From assembly GCA_963808235.1 (NCBI GenBank), contig CAWEEQ010000004.1, forward strand, positions 1,920,001 through 1,984,000: 64,000 nucleotides of DNA, given 5' to 3'. This DNA is from an uncultured delta proteobacterium (GTDB lineage Bacteria; Desulfobacterota; Binatia; Binatales; Binataceae). This document shows positions 31,243 through 40,312 of this stretch, in pieces (the first letter of the stretch is position 1; every line of letters starts with the position of its first letter). The notes under the pieces were generated by a model. That model searched no databases. It was not told where the DNA came from and was given only the letters and a program-made list of their open reading frames with translations. Both the position numbers and the translations under genes were made by a program.

Positions 31243-32508
31243 TTACTCCGCGTTTGGCGCGACATGGCCTGGATCGTTCACCGCGCGCAGCTCGGGGAAA
31301 AGCCACCACCAGATCCCGACCACTGCCAAAGTCCCGATACCTCCGACAACAACCGACGGAACCGTCCCGAACCATTGCGCGGTAACACCGGACTCAAACC
31401 CACCAAGTTGATTCGAGGCGCCTATGAACAGCCGATCCACCGCGCTGACCCTACCGCGCATCGAATCGGGAGTCGCAAGCTGCAGCACCGTACCGCGAAC
31501 ATAGACGCTAACCATGTCGGCGCCGCCGAGCACGGTCAACATGGCAACCGAAAGCATGAAGTGCCGCGACAACCCGAACGCGATGGTTGCGAGCCCGAAG
31601 AGCGCAACGCATGCGAACATGGCGGCGCCGGAGTTCCGCCGCAGCGGAGCTCGGCCGAGCCTGATTCCGATCAGAGTCGCGCCGAGTGCCGGCGCACCAA
31701 GCAAGACCCCGAGCCCCGCGGGTCCGACGTGCAAAATGTCGCGAGCATAGACAGGCAGGAGCGCGGTCGCACCGCCTAGCAGTACGGCAAAAAGGTCAAG
31801 AGAAATTGAGCCAAGAATTAGGCGGTGCCGGCGCACATAGGAGACTCCCGCCGTGAGCGCCACGAGCCCCGTTCCTGCTGATCGTTCGAGACGTTCTCGA
31901 TTGGGTGAGCGAATCAATGTCCAGCCGATCGCGCTGGCGAGAAATAGCGCCCCGCAGACGCTGTACGCGACGACCGGTCCCAGCAGGTAGAGCGCTCCGC
32001 CGACCGCGGGCCCTGCGACGATCGCAACCTGCCCGCTCGAGGAACTCCACGCGACGGCATCGGCGAATCTCTCCCGTGGCACCAGCCTCGGTAGTAGCGA
32101 GTCCGCAGCGGGAGCCGCGAAAGCGCGCGCGGTGGCGACCAACGCGAGCGTTGCATAGAAAGGCCAGATGGCGCTCGGACTCGTGATCGAGAACACCGCT
32201 AGCGTAGCTGCCGTCAGCGTTCTGACCAGTGCGCTGGCCGTCATGATCACGCCGCGATCAAATCGATCGGCGGCGGCTCCCGCGGGCAGTGTCATCGCCA
32301 TCATTGGGATGAACTGCGCCAGGCTCAGGTATCCGAGCGAAAGAGGCGAGTGGGTTATCTTGTAGATCTGCCATCCGATCGCGGCCGATTGTGCGTTCAT
32401 CGCGACGCTCGCGAGAAACGTCGCCGCAAGATAGACGCGAAACTCGCGAACCCCGAAGACGCTATCAGTTGAAACGAGATCGCTGTCGGACGGCGTTGCG
32501 GAGCTCAT
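31243..32508 (-). CDS. MFS transporter (MFS_3/EntS-like)
   Basis: GAAADRFDR motif, LDLFAVLLGGATALLP, MRGRV. Confidence 0.9.
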   Translation of the reverse strand: MSSATPSDSDLVSTDSVFGVREFRVYLAATFLASVAMNAQSAAIGWQIYKITHSPLSLGYLSLAQFIPMMAMTLPAGAAADRFDRGVIMTASALVRTLTAATLAVFSITSPSAIWPFYATLALVATARAFAAPAADSLLPRLVPRERFADAVAWSSSSGQVAIVAGPAVGGALYLLGPVVAYSVCGALFLASAIGWTLIRSPNRERLERSAGTGLVALTAGVSYVRRHRLILGSISLDLFAVLLGGATALLPVYARDILHVGPAGLGVLLGAPALGATLIGIRLGRAPLRRNSGAAMFACVALFGLATIAFGLSRHFMLSVAMLTVLGGADMVSVYVRGTVLQLATPDSMRGRVSAVDRLFIGASNQLGGFESGVTAQWFGTVPSVVVGGIGTLAVVGIWWWLFPELRAVNDPGHVAPNAE

Positions 32509-32543
32509 GCGCGCGCGATTTTAATCACAACGCAGGATCGTCC

Positions 32544-33926
32544 TCAGACCCCGGTATCCTCGAATACACCCGTGTCCGGTGTGTGATTCTCGAATCGCAC
32601 GTAGTGATTGATGTACGTCAGCTTCGCCGTGTCGGTCGGACCGTTACGCTGCTTGGCAACAATAATTTCCGCGACCCCCGGCTCCTTGCTCTCCTTCCCC
32701 TTATACATTTCCTCGCGATAGATGAACGCGATCACGTCGGCGTCCTGCTCGATCGCCCCCGACTCGCGCAGATCCGCGAGCATCGGCCGCCGATTCTCGC
32801 GCGACTCCACCTGACGGTTCAGCTGCGAGAGCGCGATTACCGGCACCTTGAGCTCCTTTGCCAGCGCCTTGAGCGAGCGCGAGATTTCCGCGATTTCTTT
32901 TTCGCGCGATTCACCCGGCCGCGCCGACCTCATCAACTGCAGATAATCGACGACGATCAGTCCAAGATTGTTGCCGCGCTCCCGCTTCAGCCGCCGGCAC
33001 TTCGCCTTCAGCGTGATCGCGGTCGTATCCGACGAATCGTCGATGAAGATATTCGACTCCGACAGCCGCGCCGCCGCCTGCGCCAGCTTCGGAAAATCGC
33101 GCTCGCCGAGAAATCCCTGCCGCGCCCGCGCGCTGTCCACCCGCGCCTCCGAGCACAGCATGCGCAGCACCAGTTGCTCCTTCGACATTTCGAGCGAGAA
33201 GAACGCGACCCCCACTGGCGGGTCGGCATCCATCGCCGCGTAAGCCGCGATATTCAGCGCGAGCGCCGATTTGCCCATGCTCGGACGCGCCGCGATGATG
33301 ACCAGGTCCGACGGCTGGAATCCCGCCGTGATCCGATCGAGATCGACGAACCCGCTCGGCACGCCGGTGATCATTTCGCGGTTTTCGTAGAGCCGCTCGA
33401 GGATCTTCAGCGACTCGCGCGTCAATTCGGGCATCGTATGGAACGACGGCTTGATCCGCCGCTCCGAAATCTCGAAGATGCGATGCTCGGCTTCGTCGAG
33501 GAATCCATCGACGTCCGACGGCGCCTCGTAGGCGTTGCTCGCGATATCGGTTGCGATCGACGCGAGGCTCCGCAGCACCGCCTTCTCGCGCGTGATCCGC
33601 GCATAGTGCGCGACGTTGGCCGCGGTCGGCACTATCGACGCAAGCTCCGCGATATACGCCGGTCCCCCGACCGCTTCCAGAGCGCCCTTGGTGCGCAGCG
33701 CGTCCGTCAGCGTGATCGCGTCGACGGGCTGATTGTGGTCCGTCAGCGCGACCATCGCGCGAAAGATCTCGCGATGTGTCTCGCGGTAAAAATCGTCCGG
33801 AGTCAGGATTTCGAGCGCGTGGTTAATCGCGTCGTTGTCGAGCAGAATCGCGCCCAACACCGATTGTTCGGCCTCGAGATTCTGCGGGGGAACGCGCTTT
33901 AGAATATCGTCCGACGAAACCGCCAC
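32544..33926 (-). CDS. dnaB: Replicative DNA helicase
   Basis: PPQNLEAEQSVLG, AARPSMGKS, FSLEM, VDYLQLM, LSQLNR, DLRESGAIEQDAD, KQRNGP. Confidence 0.98.
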   Translation of the reverse strand: MAVSSDDILKRVPPQNLEAEQSVLGAILLDNDAINHALEILTPDDFYRETHREIFRAMVALTDHNQPVDAITLTDALRTKGALEAVGGPAYIAELASIVPTAANVAHYARITREKAVLRSLASIATDIASNAYEAPSDVDGFLDEAEHRIFEISERRIKPSFHTMPELTRESLKILERLYENREMITGVPSGFVDLDRITAGFQPSDLVIIAARPSMGKSALALNIAAYAAMDADPPVGVAFFSLEMSKEQLVLRMLCSEARVDSARARQGFLGERDFPKLAQAAARLSESNIFIDDSSDTTAITLKAKCRRLKRERGNNLGLIVVDYLQLMRSARPGESREKEIAEISRSLKALAKELKVPVIALSQLNRQVESRENRRPMLADLRESGAIEQDADVIAFIYREEMYKGKESKEPGVAEIIVAKQRNGPTDTAKLTYINHYVRFENHTPDTGVFEDTGV

Positions 33927-34028
33927 CTACCGCCTCCTCCAACAACCGCGCGCTCTGAATGTCAGGAGCGCAGATTATTTCCCATGCGATGTACGCATAC
34001 AACAATTACTCCATCGTCAAGCCAACGG

Positions 34029-34046
34029 TTGTCCACGCTGTCCACA
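34029..34046. promoter_or_regulatory. Two tandem DnaA-box-like 9-mers upstream of dnaB
   Basis: TTGTCCACG (34029-34037) directly followed by CTGTCCACA (34038-34046); each is one mismatch from TTGTCCACA. Confidence 0.5.
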
Positions 34047-34263
34047 GATCGGTGGTCGATCGCGCACCGCGAAGACGTGAGAAGAACTAGTGGCACGGGC
34101 GGCCCTGCCCGTGAGAGACGGCGACTCCGTTGCCCTCCGCAAATGCGCAGGGCCCGTGCGCCCGCGCCGTGCTGAATGTAATCGCAGAGCTCGATGCGTG
34201 CGGCCTGCACGTCATCTGAAAAATTGTTCCCCTTGGGAAGCGGTCAGAGTTAGGTTTTCAAAA

Positions 34264-34962
34264 TCAGCGCCGCCCCGCGCGCCTCTTTGCGAGTATCGGC
34301 CCCGTTGCGATCCCAAACAAAAACCCGCCCACGTGTGCCCACCACGCCACTCCGCCCATCGACGCGCCTTGATTTCCCGCCGCGAGTCCCGCGTAGAGCT
34401 GCACCGCAAACCACAGGAACAGAAAAATCACCGCCGGGATCTCGATGAACTGGATGAAAATAAAAATCGGCAGTATCGTCAGGATTCGCCCGCGTGGATA
34501 GAGGACGAAATAGGCGCCGAGCACGCCGGCGATCGCGCCGCTCGCGCCGATTACGGGAACGCGCGACTCGGGCGCGATCAGTATCGTCGCAAGCGCGGCG
34601 GCGATTCCCGACGCGAAATAAAATGCGACGTATCGCCGCGCGCCCATCCGATACTCGACCGCGGCGCCAAAAATAAACAGGTAGAGCATGTTGCCGGCGA
34701 CGTGCAGCACGCTCCCGTGGATGAACATCGAGGTGAAGATGGTGATCGCCGGCCGTATCGACGTGGCGAATGCACTCTGATGCACGAAAGAGGCTTGCAT
34801 GTAGCTTATCGCCGCCGGGACCATCGCGAATCTGCCGACGAAGCTTGCGACGCGCGGGCCCAGGGAAAGCTCGTAGATGAACACCGCGACGTTCGCGGCA
34901 ATAAGAATCGCGTTGACCGGAGTCAGGCGGCGCGGCGCGGCGTTATCGCGAAGCGGGATCAT
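34264..34962 (-). CDS. Rhomboid family intramembrane serine protease
   Basis: SMFIHG..H..GNMLYL, IGASGAI, AHVGGF. Confidence 0.93.
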   Translation of the reverse strand: MIPLRDNAAPRRLTPVNAILIAANVAVFIYELSLGPRVASFVGRFAMVPAAISYMQASFVHQSAFATSIRPAITIFTSMFIHGSVLHVAGNMLYLFIFGAAVEYRMGARRYVAFYFASGIAAALATILIAPESRVPVIGASGAIAGVLGAYFVLYPRGRILTILPIFIFIQFIEIPAVIFLFLWFAVQLYAGLAAGNQGASMGGVAWWAHVGGFLFGIATGPILAKRRAGRR

Positions 34963-35248
34963 CAGGTACCGGGGTGTGCGAGACTGTTGCCGGCGCGGCT
35001 ATATTATCGGCGCGCAGCGGGGCTGTGCGAGACTGCGAGACAGTGAAACACTCGTCGCCTTGCGCGGCGAATCTTTCTTATGGTCGCGCTAGAGTCGGAC
35101 TTGTATGCTTGAGCCTGACCGCGTTGTGTGCGACAAGGATCGGCGGATCATTTGTAGTCCATAGGCGGATGCGCGTGTGCGAAACGCGATCCGGGAACGC
35201 GACCCGCGCCGCTAAGCGGGCGCGAATCTCTTCATGGAGGTCTCAATT

Positions 35249-35975
35249 ATGGAAGTCGTCTCGAGTGAAGTAACTGTTCCGACTGGCGCCGAGAAGATGC
35301 CGGCCCATCTCGCGCGCCCCGCGTCCGGCGGCCCTTATCCTGCGCTCGTCGTGGTGATGGAAGCATTCGGGCTCAACGATCAAATCAGGCGCATCACGAA
35401 CCAGTTCGCATCCGAGGGGTTCGTCGCGATCGCGCCAAATCTCTATTTTCGCCAGCCCAATAACGTCGTCGGCTACAACGATTTGCCGGGCGCGTTCCGC
35501 CTGATGGGTACCGTCAACGGCGACGGACTGGTCGCCGACATGTCTGCCGCGATCGATCTATCTGAAAACGCTCAAGGAGGTTAAGCCGTCCTTCGGCACC
35601 GTCGGATTCTGCATGGGCGGGATGGTTGCGTTTCTGACCGCATGCCGCAATCCCGCTGTCAGAGCCACCGCGCCGTACTACGGCGGCGGGATGGTGAAGT
35701 CGCGTCATCCTGGAGTCAAGGCGCCAATCGAATACGTCGAAGGTCTGAAGGCGCCGGTGCTAGCATTTTTTGGCGGCAAGGACGCATTCATTCCGATCAC
35801 TGAAGTCGATGAGTTTCGCGACGCGCTCAAGAAGGCGGGCAAGCCGGCCGAAGTGGTCTTCTATCCCGACGCCGACCACGGCTTCATGTGCGACGACCGC
35901 CCGTCGTTTCATCCGGTGCACTCCAAAGAAGCGTGGAGCAAGACCATCGCGTTCTTCAAACAGAATCTCGGTTGA
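35249..35975 (+). CDS. Dienelactone hydrolase family protein, one-base insertion frameshift near 35558
   Basis: EAFGLN...APNLY in the first frame, then YLKTLKEVKPSFGTVGFCMGG, GKD and DHGF in the second; span 727 nt (3n+1); RBS GGAGG. Confidence 0.85.
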
Positions 35976-36457
35976 AACGGAACGAGCGTATTTTGTTGAA
36001 ATCACTTTTCCGGGCCGGCGTTTGCCGGCCCGTCTTTTTTCTCGCCCTCGCCGCGATCGTGACGGCGACCGCGTGCTACTCCTCCGACTACGGGCGCACG
36101 ATGGCGGCGAACGTGGCGCTGCTCTCCGACTTGTCCGACAAACTCGCCGACTACTGCCGCACCGATTTCAAGCTTGACGATCGCCAACTCACGTCCGAGG
36201 AGATGGGCGAGTTTTACTACGCATTCAACAAGGCCAGCGCGTTCTCGTCCTCGACGCCGCGCGAGAATTCGCGCGCCTCGCATCGCGATTTTGTCGCGAT
36301 GCTCAACGCTTACGAACGCTTCGCGCACGGCGCCGACGCATACCGCCTCGGCGGCAAGTCCGACCCCGCCGTGCTCGCGTCATTGCTCTCGCAGCACCAG
36401 CTGATCAAACACCTGGCAGGGAAAGTGACCGAAGATCTACGCGCCGAAGCGCATTGA
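35972..36457 (+). CDS. Hypothetical lipoprotein
   Basis: Hydrophobic stretch ending in ATAC lipobox; TTG overlaps the upstream stop; start uncertain. Confidence 0.6.
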   Translation: MKRNERILLKSLFRAGVCRPVFFLALAAIVTATACYSSDYGRTMAANVALLSDLSDKLADYCRTDFKLDDRQLTSEEMGEFYYAFNKASAFSSSTPRENSRASHRDFVAMLNAYERFAHGADAYRLGGKSDPAVLASLLSQHQLIKHLAGKVTEDLRAEAH

Positions 36458-36469
36458 CGCGCGCGAAGC

Positions 36470-37150
36470 TCAACCCTTCCAGCGCGTGCCGTATTTATCC
36501 AGGTAGGCGACCTCGTTAACCGGCCGCCGCTTGATCGGTCCGAACTTCCCGCGTGGATATCCGATCGGCATCAGCGCATAGGTATGCACTTCCGGCGGCA
36601 GGCCCAGAATCTGTTTCACTTCATCTTCGTAGAACATGTGAATCGTGGTGAGCACCGTGCCAAGCCCGAAGCCGCGGCAGGCCAGGATGATATTCTGCAC
36701 CGCCGGATAGATGCTCGAGCCACTGCTGCGCGGCATGTTCTTCAATCCGGCGAGAGCGTCGGGCGGAAACTGCGGCGGCGGACCGGCGGGCGGAGTCTGC
36801 TTCAGGCACGCGACGAGCAGCACCGGCGCTTCGGCCATGTGATCGATCAGGTATGTCGCCGACGCCATCAGCTTGCTGTAAGTCTCCTCGCTCATATGCG
36901 GCGGCTTGACGCGGCCCGCATACAGCGCCATCAGGATTCCGCCGCCCTTGCGATACACGTCGCCGATCTTCTTTCGCTGCGCCGCATCTTTCACGACGAT
37001 GAATTCCCAACTCTGCTCGTTGCTTCCCGACGGCGCACGAATCGCCGCGTCGAGCACTTTGCCGATCACCTCGTCGGAAACCGGGTCCGGCTTGAACCGC
37101 CGGATCGCGCGCGCCGAGTACATCGCCTCGAAAAGTCCCATCTCAGCCAT
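36470..37150 (-). CDS. Nitroreductase family protein
   Basis: RAIRRFKPDPV, APSGSNEQ.W.F, SIYPAVQNIILA, PIGYP. Confidence 0.92.
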   Translation of the reverse strand: MAEMGLFEAMYSARAIRRFKPDPVSDEVIGKVLDAAIRAPSGSNEQSWEFIVVKDAAQRKKIGDVYRKGGGILMALYAGRVKPPHMSEETYSKLMASATYLIDHMAEAPVLLVACLKQTPPAGPPPQFPPDALAGLKNMPRSSGSSIYPAVQNIILACRGFGLGTVLTTIHMFYEDEVKQILGLPPEVHTYALMPIGYPRGKFGPIKRRPVNEVAYLDKYGTRWKG

Positions 37151-37184
37151 CGTCAAATCCTCAACTCAGAAGTCGTGCGAATCC

Positions 37185-37757
37185 TCACACTGGAGTGCGG
37201 CCGCTCGCGCTCTTGACAGGCGCCGGCCCCATCAGCGTCCGCATGACTTTCTTCGCCTCTTCCGGATCGCTGACCATCGGGCCGGGCTGATCGTGATGCT
37301 TCATCTCTTTGTCCGCGTCGTTGAACTTGCGCACCGTCGCGCAATATTCGAGCAGCAGGCCGTTGGGATCCCGGAAGTAAATCGAGCGGCACCATTCGTG
37401 ATCGACGACCGGCGTCACGTCGACGCCGCGGCCAATCAGTTCGTCGCGCCGAGCTTCGAGCGCTTTCACATCGTCGCAATGGAATGCGAAATGATAAAAC
37501 GCGCCCGGCAGCCCCTGCGCGCTGTTGATATCGGTCGCCCACTCGGTCGGAATCCCGGGCACCTTCTCCGGACACATGAACGCGACCATGCTCCCGTCGC
37601 CGGTATCCAAAAACACATGCTTGATCTTCCCGCCCTGCGCCGGCTCGAGAATATCGCACCACGCGACCGTCCAGCCCAGTTTGGTTGTATAGAATTCGAT
37701 CGTGCGATCGATATCGAGAGTCGCAAGTCCCAGGTGGTGAACGCCTGTGCGCTGCAT
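37185..37757 (-). CDS. VOC/glyoxalase family protein
   Basis: GVHHLGL, FYHFAF, SIYFRDPNGLLLE; ATG 37757 after GGAGG. Confidence 0.88.
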   Translation of the reverse strand: MQRTGVHHLGLATLDIDRTIEFYTTKLGWTVAWCDILEPAQGGKIKHVFLDTGDGSMVAFMCPEKVPGIPTEWATDINSAQGLPGAFYHFAFHCDDVKALEARRDELIGRGVDVTPVVDHEWCRSIYFRDPNGLLLEYCATVRKFNDADKEMKHHDQPGPMVSDPEEAKKVMRTLMGPAPVKSASGRTPV

Positions 37758-37837
37758 AACCTCGCCTCCTCCGGCCGTGCTTTGAACCGGCCGCTGAGCA
37801 ACTACTAACACGGCTCAGATCAGAGTCAAAGACTCCA

Positions 37838-37849
37838 GAACGATCGTTC
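37838..37849. promoter_or_regulatory. 12-bp perfect palindrome, probable repressor operator
   Basis: GAACGATCGTTC about 80 nt upstream of the VOC gene start. Confidence 0.45.
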
Positions 37850-37872
37850 AAGACCGTCGTTCAGGCGGTGCG

Positions 37873-38529
37873 TCAGTCGATCCGAATCAGCTTGTGCTTG
37901 ATCGCGTAGCGGACCATCGCGGCCGTCGAGCGCAAGTCGAGTTTCTGCTTGATGTTCTCGCGATGCGCCTGCGCGGTCTTCGTGCTGATACCGAGCCGCT
38001 GCGCGACGTTTTTGGTGGTGGCGCCCTCCCCTATCAGCTTCAGCACCTCGCGCTCGCGTCGTGTCAGGCGCGGCTGCATCGCGGCATCGCGGCGAGCAGG
38101 ATTGCGAAGCTGGGCGAGCACGATCGGCGCGATCGAGGGGCTTAGATAGCGGCGGCCGGAATGAACCGCGCGCACGGCGCTGACCAGTTCGGCGGCCGCG
38201 TCGGTCTTGAGGACATAGCCGGCAGCGCCCGCCTCGGCCAGCGCTTCGAGCACATATTCCTCGTCATCATACTGACTCAGCACCAGCACTTTGCAGGCCG
38301 GCAGATCTTTGCCGATTCGATGCGCCGCGGCGAGTCCGCCGATTCCGGGCATCCCGACATCCATTACCACAACTTGAGGTTTCAGTTGCGCGGCAAGCGC
38401 GACGGCCTGCTCGCCATTCGAAGCTTCGCCGACGACGTCGCATTCGGGCTCGAGCACGATCTTGAGCGCGTCGCGCAGGATGCGATGGTCGTCGGCGAGC
38501 AGGACTCGGATACGAGAACTCTCGATCAC
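37873..38529 (-). CDS. NarL/LuxR family response regulator
   Basis: LADDH, VVMDVGMP, GYVLK, LTRREREVLKLI...HRENI.QKL HTH. Confidence 0.95.
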   Translation of the reverse strand: MIESSRIRVLLADDHRILRDALKIVLEPECDVVGEASNGEQAVALAAQLKPQVVVMDVGMPGIGGLAAAHRIGKDLPACKVLVLSQYDDEEYVLEALAEAGAAGYVLKTDAAAELVSAVRAVHSGRRYLSPSIAPIVLAQLRNPARRDAAMQPRLTRREREVLKLIGEGATTKNVAQRLGISTKTAQAHRENIKQKLDLRSTAAMVRYAIKHKLIRID

Positions 38530-40196
38530 ATAGGCTCCGGAATCTCGGCAAGAACCGTAGTGCGCCCGGCTCGCGACTTTACGATGAGGCTGCCCCCCAT
38601 TAGTTCAAGGCGCTCGCGGACGCCGGCGAGACCGCTACCGTGGCCGTTGCCCGAAGCATCGATACCGCGACCGTCGTCGCTGACGGTGATTCGCGCAGAC
38701 GAACCGGTGCGCTCGACGATAACCTCGATCGATTTTGCGCGCGCGTGACGAACGACGTTGGAGAGGGCCTCGCGCACCATCTGGAAGCATAGTTGCTGCA
38801 CAGGGCGTGATATTTCCAGGCCGGTGGCCGCGGTTGCGTGCACAAGTTTCGCGCTGATCCCGGCATTCGCAAAGCGCCGAAACTCGCGCTCGATTGCTTC
38901 GTCGAGGGTCGCACTTCCGAGCGTGGCCGGACGGAGTTCGCGAGTCTTGCGCCGCAGCTCGATCTCGATCTGTTTGAATATTGAGCGCGCTTCTTCGCGT
39001 CCGCCCTCCAGCGCGATTTTTGCGGCCGCGAGCAGCTGCGCCTGATCGTCGTGCAGGTCGCGGGCAATTCGCGCTCGTTCTTCGTCGATTCCAGCGAATA
39101 TCCTGAGCGCGAGCTTCTGGACCAATCCACGCCGGTTCGCCGCATCCAGCTCCATCACAAAACCCGTCACCACTGGACCAAGCCGTGCGACGATCGCTTC
39201 TGCATTCGCGCGCGCCGCAGGACTCGCACCTTCGCGCGCTCCGAGTGCGATCGCTCCCGCATCGAAGGGGAAACATACAAATGCGGGACACTTGGCATCA
39301 GCCGCGACGGCGCGAGCGATCGGCAAGCGTCGACGGAAACTTTCTTCGAGCAAGAGTCGAGTTCGCTCAAGATCAGATGTCTTCAGAGCCGGCGATGCCG
39401 CCGCAACCTTGAGGCCGCCCGTTTCTGCAGTCGCGACGATCCAATTGTCGAAGCCCGAATGCGCCGCGACCAATTCGCCGAAGCGTGCGAAGCGATCATT
39501 CGGCGGCGCCTGGCGCAAACTTCCGACGGCGACGTCGATGGCGCACGCCGCATCGCGTTCGCGTGCGAGCTCTTTCTTTGCGGCGATTGCGCCGCGAATC
39601 AGGTCACGGCCGTAGGTTCGCCAGAATTCCATCGAGTCACGCGCGTCTGCGAGCGCGATCTCGGCGAAAACAGCGTTCGCCAGAAGTTCAAGCACTGCTT
39701 CAAGTTCTTCACGTCGCCGGGATTGGCCATCTTGCGCCGCGCCGATCAGTACGATTCGTATCGCGCCGGCTCCGCCGACAAATGCCGATGCGGCATGCTG
39801 AATGGATGCTTCCTGATTTCCGCCCGCGCGCACGATCGGATCAATCTCACGCGCGGACAGGGCGACTCTCTGGATCGAAGCGGCGATATCAATTGAAGAC
39901 GATGATTGGCGACGAGGTTGCTTTGGACTGCTCGCCGCCAGGTCGCTCAGCCGATTGTCGAGCGCGGAGAGCGTCGCGACAATCACGTCGTGCCATCGCG
40001 AATCGTTCGCCGGCGCGAGCACCGTGCACTCTGCCGCTGCTGCGCCTCTCCACGCGATCGCACATCGGCCGGCAGGGAAAGCGCTCGCCCCCAAAGTAGC
40101 GATGGCCGCAATCCGATCGCGGAAAGACGTTTGCCGCGGTGTCGGTCGGATCGAGACGACCGCCATTCGATTGCGTTGTTTCAGAGCACTCGTCAA
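38526..40196 (-). CDS. Sensor histidine kinase (HisKA_3 plus HATPase), no obvious TM segments
   Basis: EERARIARDLHD, EALSNVVRHA, VSDDGRG, GSGLAGVRER. Confidence 0.88.
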   Translation of the reverse strand: MTSALKQRNRMAVVSIRPTPRQTSFRDRIAAIATLGASAFPAGRCAIAWRGAAAAECTVLAPANDSRWHDVIVATLSALDNRLSDLAASSPKQPRRQSSSSIDIAASIQRVALSAREIDPIVRAGGNQEASIQHAASAFVGGAGAIRIVLIGAAQDGQSRRREELEAVLELLANAVFAEIALADARDSMEFWRTYGRDLIRGAIAAKKELARERDAACAIDVAVGSLRQAPPNDRFARFGELVAAHSGFDNWIVATAETGGLKVAAASPALKTSDLERTRLLLEESFRRRLPIARAVAADAKCPAFVCFPFDAGAIALGAREGASPAARANAEAIVARLGPVVTGFVMELDAANRRGLVQKLALRIFAGIDEERARIARDLHDDQAQLLAAAKIALEGGREEARSIFKQIEIELRRKTRELRPATLGSATLDEAIEREFRRFANAGISAKLVHATAATGLEISRPVQQLCFQMVREALSNVVRHARAKSIEVIVERTGSSARITVSDDGRGIDASGNGHGSGLAGVRERLELMGGSLIVKSRAGRTTVLAEIPEPM

Positions 40197-40312
40197 CTCA
40201 TTCCCCTTCTGATGCTTCTGTAATCCTGAAGCAGGAGTGACGAGAGCGCGAGTGATTGCGGGGGGCGTCTAGTTACGCAGAGAACAAATTGTTACGCGAA
40301 AAACTCTTTCTG

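Noticed and set aside
32391-33902. Long antisense ORFs (503 aa opposite dnaB, and similar ones opposite mutS, gcvPB, UPF0182 and the M23 peptidase)
   Set aside because: Shadow frames expected in high-GC coding DNA; no recognisable motifs.
33927-34263. Replication origin in the dnaB upstream spacer
   Set aside because: Only two DnaA-like boxes, no clear unwinding element and no dnaA/dnaN nearby; kept only as a possible regulatory site.
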